The notes under the pieces are model-generated. The model was given only the letters and a program-made list of their open reading frames with translations. It did no database searches and was not told the DNA's origin. From an uncultured bacterium (GTDB taxonomy: Bacteria; Patescibacteriota; Patescibacteriia; CAIQCM01), in the NCBI GenBank assembly GCA_963708045.1, contig OY970181.1, positions 971,042-1,035,041 on the forward strand: a DNA stretch of 64,000 bases. Reading direction: 5' to 3'. Each line of letters starts with the position of its first letter. Within the stretch, counting starts at the first letter, position 1. Shown in pieces: positions 58,204 to 64,000 of the stretch. Made by a program: the position numbers and the translations under genes.

Positions 58204-60717
58204 TTATTTGATAATCCTAACCACGCCATTATCCGCGTCAACCTCCACAAGGTCGCCATTTTTAAGGACACTGGTTGCGTTTTTGGTACCGACAATGCAC
58301 GGTTTTTTTAGTTCGCGGGCAATTATGGCGGCGTGAGAAATTATACCACCTTCGTCCGTCACAAAAGCTGCCGCAAGCCGCATCGCTGGCGTGTAGTCCG
58401 GCATTGTCGTGATGGCGACCAAAATATCGCCTTCTTTTACCTTTGAAAGATCATTTTTACTTTGAACAATTACAACGCGACCAACCGCCTTGCCGGTAAA
58501 AGCAACTTTGCCAGCAATATTTATATTTTTTAATTCATTCTGACCGATAATCGCTTTAACTTTTTCAATTTTTTCCTTGTCGTAAAAAATATGCGAACCG
58601 TCATTTTCAAAATAATAAACATACTGACCAGAAATCCTTTGTTTAATTTCGCCAAGATCGGGCACTAATCCATTTTTCACAAAATCAACCAATTCCTTGT
58701 TTAAACAATTTGCAACCATCACCATTGTCCAGCTGTCCCCTGTTTTTTTAGATAACGCTTGCGCGATTTCGTAAAAAATTTTCCTAATACTTGTTTGCGT
58801 TTTTTTAAAACAATCCATCCGTTCTGCGCGAAGAAAACTATACGTAAAAAGAACTTCAGCAACTAATTTAAGTTCTTTGTTTTTAAACTTTTTTCTTAGC
58901 AAAGAATAAGCAAGTTTATTGCGTTTAACCTCTTCCAAAATTTGAGTTTTTTCCTTTTTCGCATCTTTGACGTTCAGTTTATTAGCTTCGTTAATAAAAT
59001 ATTTTTCGTCTAATAGCGGTTCAACGTATGAATATTCGCTATACCAAGCGTAACCATCAACAAGTTTTTTTAGTATTTTTTTATCCTTTTTACCGCTTAT
59101 TACAAAGTCATCAATTTTTATCCTCATTTTTTGAAAATCATTAAGCCGCGAAGGAGATGAAATAATCGCAAAAGCGCTAGCTGCGGCCGACGCTCCAAAT
59201 TCCTCAGAAAGAAGCTTTTGGCAATAAGGGTCTAATTTTTGTTCTATTACTGTTGGGGCGATTAAAAATTTGCCGAAATTTTTTGCAATCTCAAGCCATT
59301 GAAGATAAATTGACAAATTTTTTTTCAAATTATTTTTTGCCGCGCGGTTTGCTAATTTTACAATCTTGGACATTTCAACGATCCCAAAATTATATTCTTG
59401 CAGATGTTTTTTCCATCCGGCAAAAGTTGATAATTCATTAATGATTTTTTCGTGGCTACATTTAGTTCCAGCGTCATCAACATACATCGTTCTGCTTAAA
59501 CCATCCAAAGGTATGGTGACGCAAACGCCTTTATATACCGACCAAGCAAGTCCGCTTAATTCGTCCTTTTGTACGGCCATTGGCCGAGTAACAAATTTTT
59601 TTAGATTAGCAAAAAATTTTGGAATATCGTTTTTATCCGTATCATTATTTTTCTTCGTAACTCCAGCTTCGTAACGTCCTAAATAATTACTTTCCAAAAT
59701 TCGGACTACACCATTATCCACGTCCACTTCAACCAGATCGCCGTCGTTAAGAATTTGCGTGGCGATTTTCGTGCCGACAATGCAAGGGATCTTGAGTTCG
59801 CGGCAGGCGATGGCCGCGTGACAGGTCATACCACCTTCGTCTGTAACAACCGCGGCGGCGATTTTCATAATCGGCAGATATTCGGGATTAGTCATTTCGG
59901 TGACCACAACCTCGCCCGCCTTAAAATCTTTCATGTCAGCAAATGACAATATCTTTTTTACTTTGCCCGTAACAATACCTTTGTAAGCGATCCGTCCCTT
60001 AATTTCACCGTTCGCTTCTACCGACTGTTTTTCCAGGGCAAGATTATTTTTTAAAAGCAGGTCGTCTAACTCGCGAAGAGGGTAAATTTTTTCATTAAGC
60101 ATAACGCAACCAGCGACCCGTGCGCGGAACTTTGAAACAAATTCTTTCTTTTCTATATCAGAAAAATCTTTTACTTCACTAGGCGCAATGCAAAAAGAAA
60201 ACTCTTTTAGATCGGGGTAGCGGCGATCCCAAAATTCCGTGAGCAGCCGGCTCATTTTTTCGGTATATTTTTCCGAGGCGGCGCGATATTTAAGAATAAG
60301 CGCACGAACCTCGTCGGAAACTTCTTTAATATCCGGAACGGTAAAGACCGTGGTCATAGCCGACCACCAATCAACTAACCATTCATAATATTCGTGGAAT
60401 TCTTTAACCGTGACGATCTTTTTGTCGTGAATAAGATATGGCGCTAAATTTTTCCAATTACTATCCAGCGTCTTAACAACCAATGCCACAAAAGACGAAT
60501 CTTCGGTTAATTTATTTTTTAGCAACACATCAACTTCCGCCAATTCTTCCGGCGGATACCAAACAGAACCTTTGCGTCCAGGCGGCGGCACAATAAAAAG
60601 ATTATTTTTCACGTCATAATCCAAAAAGTTCTTCCACCCACGTCGGTCGCTGTCGTTCCATAGCAAAAAATACAGCAAGGGCTTTTCGCGCGAAAAAGTT
60701 TTTGCGAGTGTAATCAT
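58204..60717 (-). CDS. Fused short+long double phospho-His swivel domain protein (837 aa)
   Basis: Internal GGMTCHAAIACRE and terminal GGIISHAAIIARE domains. Confidence 0.9.
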   Translation of the reverse strand: MITLAKTFSREKPLLYFLLWNDSDRRGWKNFLDYDVKNNLFIVPPPGRKGSVWYPPEELAEVDVLLKNKLTEDSSFVALVVKTLDSNWKNLAPYLIHDKKIVTVKEFHEYYEWLVDWWSAMTTVFTVPDIKEVSDEVRALILKYRAASEKYTEKMSRLLTEFWDRRYPDLKEFSFCIAPSEVKDFSDIEKKEFVSKFRARVAGCVMLNEKIYPLRELDDLLLKNNLALEKQSVEANGEIKGRIAYKGIVTGKVKKILSFADMKDFKAGEVVVTEMTNPEYLPIMKIAAAVVTDEGGMTCHAAIACRELKIPCIVGTKIATQILNDGDLVEVDVDNGVVRILESNYLGRYEAGVTKKNNDTDKNDIPKFFANLKKFVTRPMAVQKDELSGLAWSVYKGVCVTIPLDGLSRTMYVDDAGTKCSHEKIINELSTFAGWKKHLQEYNFGIVEMSKIVKLANRAAKNNLKKNLSIYLQWLEIAKNFGKFLIAPTVIEQKLDPYCQKLLSEEFGASAAASAFAIISSPSRLNDFQKMRIKIDDFVISGKKDKKILKKLVDGYAWYSEYSYVEPLLDEKYFINEANKLNVKDAKKEKTQILEEVKRNKLAYSLLRKKFKNKELKLVAEVLFTYSFLRAERMDCFKKTQTSIRKIFYEIAQALSKKTGDSWTMVMVANCLNKELVDFVKNGLVPDLGEIKQRISGQYVYYFENDGSHIFYDKEKIEKVKAIIGQNELKNINIAGKVAFTGKAVGRVVIVQSKNDLSKVKEGDILVAITTMPDYTPAMRLAAAFVTDEGGIISHAAIIARELKKPCIVGTKNATSVLKNGDLVEVDADNGVVRIIK

Positions 60718-60718
60718 T

Positions 60719-61750
60719 TTATTTATTTTTAATTCTCACAATCCCCTTTTCGGCATCCACTTCAACCAGGTCGCCGTCTTTAAATACTTTGGTAGCAACC
60801 CTAGTGCCGATGATGCAGGGCTTTTTTATTTCTCTTGAAATAATCGCCGCGTGACAGGTGATTCCGCCTTCGTCGGTGACAATCGCCGCGGCGCGTTTCA
60901 TTGCCGGTACAAGGTCAGGGACGGTCATCGGCGAAACTAAAATATCCCCTTCTTTAACTTTATCGGCTTCGGCGTTTAACCGAACGACTTTGACGACGCC
61001 GCGAGCAAACCCTTTAAACGCCACTCTCCCCCTTACTTCATTAGTCGCAAGCTCTTCCTTTTCTCTTTCAAATTTAAATTGCAAATTATTTTTCGCGAAT
61101 TCATTAAGGACTATTGTTTCATTCGCGATACCAGGAATATAAACCCAGGACATAAAACGTTTATTTAACAGGTCGTCCGAAATCCCGACGGAAATATCTT
61201 CAAACAGCATTGCGGCGGCTTTTTTGCTCTCAATATTCAGTACCTCGCCAATTCCCCGACGGATCGCGCGACTGCTGCTCGCAAAAAAATCATCTTTGTC
61301 ACGAACAACGAACGCCAGCGCCCGCAAATTATCGGCAAGCGAATCGTTGGTTGCGACAAAATACCAAACGGTGAAATAATCACAAGTCTCTGAAACCAAA
61401 TCAATGAACTCCAAAAGCTGTTTTTTTGTTTTAAACGGCTTGGCACCCAAATCAATGACGCGGTTATTTAGATCGTTATATTTAGATATAACATCGGGAA
61501 GAAATTTTGGGTCGCTAAGAACGCGATTTTTGATCGCATCACTCACCCAATCAAGCGACATCTTGTTCTCCCAGACTTCAATCATCCCCCGATCCATATA
61601 AAAAACATTGGGTGCTATGTAAGGATTACTCGCGCCAAGAATCTTTTTAAGACCGATAGTTTGTGACTTGAACCAAAAATCTTCCATGATCATACAATAA
61701 TCACGGGTGTAGCTTAAAGAAAATATTTGTTCTGAAGCAATATATGTCAT
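60719..61750 (-). CDS. Phospho-His swivel domain protein, short class (343 aa)
   Basis: TDEGGITCHAAIISRE. Confidence 0.9.
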   Translation of the reverse strand: MTYIASEQIFSLSYTRDYCMIMEDFWFKSQTIGLKKILGASNPYIAPNVFYMDRGMIEVWENKMSLDWVSDAIKNRVLSDPKFLPDVISKYNDLNNRVIDLGAKPFKTKKQLLEFIDLVSETCDYFTVWYFVATNDSLADNLRALAFVVRDKDDFFASSSRAIRRGIGEVLNIESKKAAAMLFEDISVGISDDLLNKRFMSWVYIPGIANETIVLNEFAKNNLQFKFEREKEELATNEVRGRVAFKGFARGVVKVVRLNAEADKVKEGDILVSPMTVPDLVPAMKRAAAIVTDEGGITCHAAIISREIKKPCIIGTRVATKVFKDGDLVEVDAEKGIVRIKNK

Positions 61751-63285
61751 GCTTTTTTCAAAATTTTTACAACACCACTATCCGCATTTACCTCAACCAG
61801 ATCGCCGTCGCGCAATACTCTGGTGGCGATTTTTGTTCCAGTGATACAGGGAATCTTTAATTCGCGCGAAACAATAGCCGCGTGGCAAGTAATCCCGCCC
61901 TCGTCCGTAACAACAGCGATGGCTTTTTTCATCAGCGGAACATATTCCGGTCGCGTCATTCCTGCGACAAGTATTTCCCCGTCAATAAATTTGGCATTTG
62001 AATTAACATTTAACACCACTCTAACAATCCCCCTAACTTTCCCTTTAAATGCCGGCTGCCCGTGAATAATATTTTGATTCACTCCCGAGACATGACCGTT
62101 TTTAAAATATGTATTTATTTTTTCTACATCAGAATCAATATTACAACTCTGAGCCTGAACGTTTCCTTCGTAAGGAACTAGCCATTCAAATCCATTTACT
62201 CTAGAAGCGAATTCGTGCGCGTTTGTTTTTAAATAATTAATTCCTTTTAATAGTTCATAAACGGAATAGTAAGGAATCAATTCACGCCCAACTTTTGCTT
62301 CGGCAAACATCCTTTCCGCGATCCGATAAATTATCGTCATTCCTTTGGCAAAAAAATTCTTTCTTCGATCCCGAATTTCCATAACAGTTTGCAAGTAGCG
62401 CGCAATAACCCGCTCGTTTTCTGGTAAACTACTAAGCCATTTCTCGTGCGCGGCGACAATCATTTCAAATTGAATTTTTTCCATTTCTAAAACCTGCGCC
62501 GCCAACTTAGGCTGATTAATATATTTTGCGTACCGTTCGTTTAAAACACTATCAACCTCGGCTAAGGTTTTTGCTGAGTGATAATCGGATAAAATATATT
62601 GACTCTGTTCTTTAATCATCTCCCAGCTGGTATTTTCTTTTACAAGCTTAAGAAAACTACTTAGCTGCGATTTATCAAAAGACTCAAAAGCAGGCTCGGT
62701 TGCTTTTTCCCACAAAACATCAAATTCTTTTTCGGTGATTGAATGTTTTTCTCGCTTTAAAATTTCAGCACATAATTGTTTGTCAAGAAAAACCGTAAAA
62801 TTAACAGCAGCATTCGCGTCCCACATTAGATCGCGAACTGTTTCAACAAGATAAAACAAAGTTTCCCAATTACTTTCGTTAATCAATTTATAAGTATATT
62901 GATCGTAGAGAGTATTTATTTTTTCTATATTTTCTACAAGACAATCGTTGCGGCGAGCAAAATAATTTTGATCGTTTAAATATTCGTGAAGGCCGTATTC
63001 GGCGGCAACCAAAAAATCTTCCTCGGGCAACCAAACTTGCGAAAACCCTTTTTTCATCAAAACAAGGAGACTATATCCAACCCGACCCTCATACCATTTC
63101 TTAAAGTATTTTTGGGTGTTGTATTCAGAGCCCTGCAAAAAAACAGAGTATCCATTCAAAGGCGGGTATAATTTTCCTTTTCCGACCAATTCTAAGAACT
63201 GATCGCATACTTTAAAATCAATTGGGTGGTGCACATCCAATTTTGACTTCCTATCAGATTTTTCAAATTTTTTGTCTGGTTCCAT
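61747..63285 (-). CDS. Phospho-His swivel domain protein, long class (512 aa)
   Basis: TDEGGITCHAAIVSRE; IRDRRKN. Confidence 0.9.
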   Translation of the reverse strand: MEPDKKFEKSDRKSKLDVHHPIDFKVCDQFLELVGKGKLYPPLNGYSVFLQGSEYNTQKYFKKWYEGRVGYSLLVLMKKGFSQVWLPEEDFLVAAEYGLHEYLNDQNYFARRNDCLVENIEKINTLYDQYTYKLINESNWETLFYLVETVRDLMWDANAAVNFTVFLDKQLCAEILKREKHSITEKEFDVLWEKATEPAFESFDKSQLSSFLKLVKENTSWEMIKEQSQYILSDYHSAKTLAEVDSVLNERYAKYINQPKLAAQVLEMEKIQFEMIVAAHEKWLSSLPENERVIARYLQTVMEIRDRRKNFFAKGMTIIYRIAERMFAEAKVGRELIPYYSVYELLKGINYLKTNAHEFASRVNGFEWLVPYEGNVQAQSCNIDSDVEKINTYFKNGHVSGVNQNIIHGQPAFKGKVRGIVRVVLNVNSNAKFIDGEILVAGMTRPEYVPLMKKAIAVVTDEGGITCHAAIVSRELKIPCITGTKIATRVLRDGDLVEVNADSGVVKILKKA

Positions 63286-63293
63286 GAATCAAA

Positions 63294-63321
63294 AGATTAG
63301 CACGATTTTGTGACAAGACAA
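63294..63321 (-). promoter_or_regulatory. Putative promoter of the swivel-domain operon
   Basis: TTGTCT-N16-TAATCT with TG extension, 8 nt before the ATG at 63285. Confidence 0.4.
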
Positions 63322-63330
63322 ATCATTTCT

Positions 63331-63735
63331 TTATTTTGAGCCAAAAAAATATTGCCACCATTTTTGTGGGTTCGTGAGGTCGGAATTATCAGTGGTATCA
63401 ACTTTGCCAAAGGAAGACGCTTGGCCAAGACCGTTTGTCAGATAAATTTCTTTTTCCCCAGGATTTTGATAGCCAAGCGAAAGACGGGCTTGGCGCTCAA
63501 CAAAACTCTTGGTTCCGACTTTGCTAAGGAGTGCCGCGTCGTCGCGGTTTTTTATATCCAGCTCCATTGCTTGGCGCTTGAGGGCGGCTAACTGATTTTC
63601 CACGTCGTTCCCGCGCGTTGCTTCGCGCAAATAGCTCCAACCGACGAAACCAAAAATAACCAGGTTTATCGCGAGAAACCAGGTACTCGCAAAAATCGCT
63701 TTCCAACCGCGGTTTTTATTATTTATCCTGCGCAT
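63331..63735 (-). CDS. Septum formation initiator (FtsB/DivIC-like)
   Basis: One TM, coiled coil, FVERQARLSLGYQNPGE. Confidence 0.8.
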   Translation of the reverse strand: MRRINNKNRGWKAIFASTWFLAINLVIFGFVGWSYLREATRGNDVENQLAALKRQAMELDIKNRDDAALLSKVGTKSFVERQARLSLGYQNPGEKEIYLTNGLGQASSFGKVDTTDNSDLTNPQKWWQYFFGSK

Positions 63736-64000
63736 TGAATTTATCAATTTTTTTGACGGGCGGGGTCATCTTTTTTACCGATGTGTAAAGCGCTTTCTTT
63801 TCGGTCGGTGAAAGCCGCTCGGCCGCATTCATAATATTTTCTACCGGATCGGTTGCTTGGGGCTTTCCCGACATTGCCGCCGAGCGCAATTGAGTAATCA
63901 CCTTGTGCGCGTAAGCTGGTAGGTAAAGATATTTAAAAGCGATATTTTCTTTTCCGCCCATTGTCTGAAAAGTTATCGTCCCGACGTTTGCGAGCATTTC
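63719..64000 (-). CDS. C-terminal part of a protein, possibly bacterial PH domain (partial)
   Basis: NVGTITFQTMG..IAFKYL resembles the bPH_2 tail; frame is open to the window edge. Confidence 0.5.
   Translation of the reverse strand, partial: EMLANVGTITFQTMGGKENIAFKYLYLPAYAHKVITQLRSAAMSGKPQATDPVENIMNAAERLSPTEKKALYTSVKKMTPPVKKIDKFNAQDK

Noticed and set aside
47850-63285. Annotating the array genes as PEP synthase (ppsA), PPDK or PTS enzyme I
   Set aside because: Only the ~105-aa His domain is shared; there is no ATP-grasp (GGKG-type start) and no PEP-binding barrel.
47850-63285. Array as an assembly artefact or DGR target set
   Set aside because: N-domains are all different and C-domains differ at many sites; there is no reverse transcriptase and no adenine-specific TR/VR pair in the window.
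1563-63591. Numerous plus-strand 60-190-aa ORFs
   Set aside because: Antisense shadows of well-supported minus-strand genes; only 33347, 33692 and 34167 are credible plus-strand genes.
1-64000. Alternative genetic code (TGA=Gly)
   Set aside because: Conserved genes are full-length in code 11 and TGA serves as a stop, for example in the ATGA overlaps at 55097 and 61747.

Overview
A 64-kb chromosomal segment from a small-genome bacterium, most consistent with Patescibacteria/CPR (Parcubacteria/ABY1-like). This is inferred from gene style: streamlined UvrC, a membrane-anchored Clp ATPase, a pilin-LamG protein, a CPR-type surface protein and mostly SD-less starts. The code is standard and almost every gene is on the minus strand. 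Housekeeping genes include a clpC-like ATPase, mraZ-rsmH-ftsL, uvrB-uvrA-uvrC, znuA/znuB, dnaX (frameshifted), dsbA/VKOR, rsmE, a P1B ATPase, glycerate kinase, a DEAD-box helicase, tgt, msrA, tspO, mscL, a two-component cluster, ftsEX, ftsB-like and four tRNAs (Gln-CTG, Gln-TTG, Thr-CGT, Gly-CCC). The standout feature is a ~15.4-kb, tightly coupled operon (47850-63285) of 10 paralogous genes carrying 11 phospho-histidine 'swivel' (PEP-utiliser mobile) domains. Each domain is fused to a highly divergent N-terminal region that keeps motifs reminiscent of the rifampin-phosphotransferase substrate domain. None has an ATP-grasp or PEP-binding domain, and an HD hydrolase and a SAM methyltransferase are interleaved. 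It looks like a diversified library of split phosphotransferases. Other notable signals: a DUF559 nuclease flanked by palindromes whose gene-less ~125-bp derivatives recur four times; heptamer micro-arrays at gene junctions that have also invaded the DnaX linker; an IS1595 remnant beside paired RHH-like/membrane-protein genes; and several gene relics. All calls come from reading the sequence; no database searches were run.
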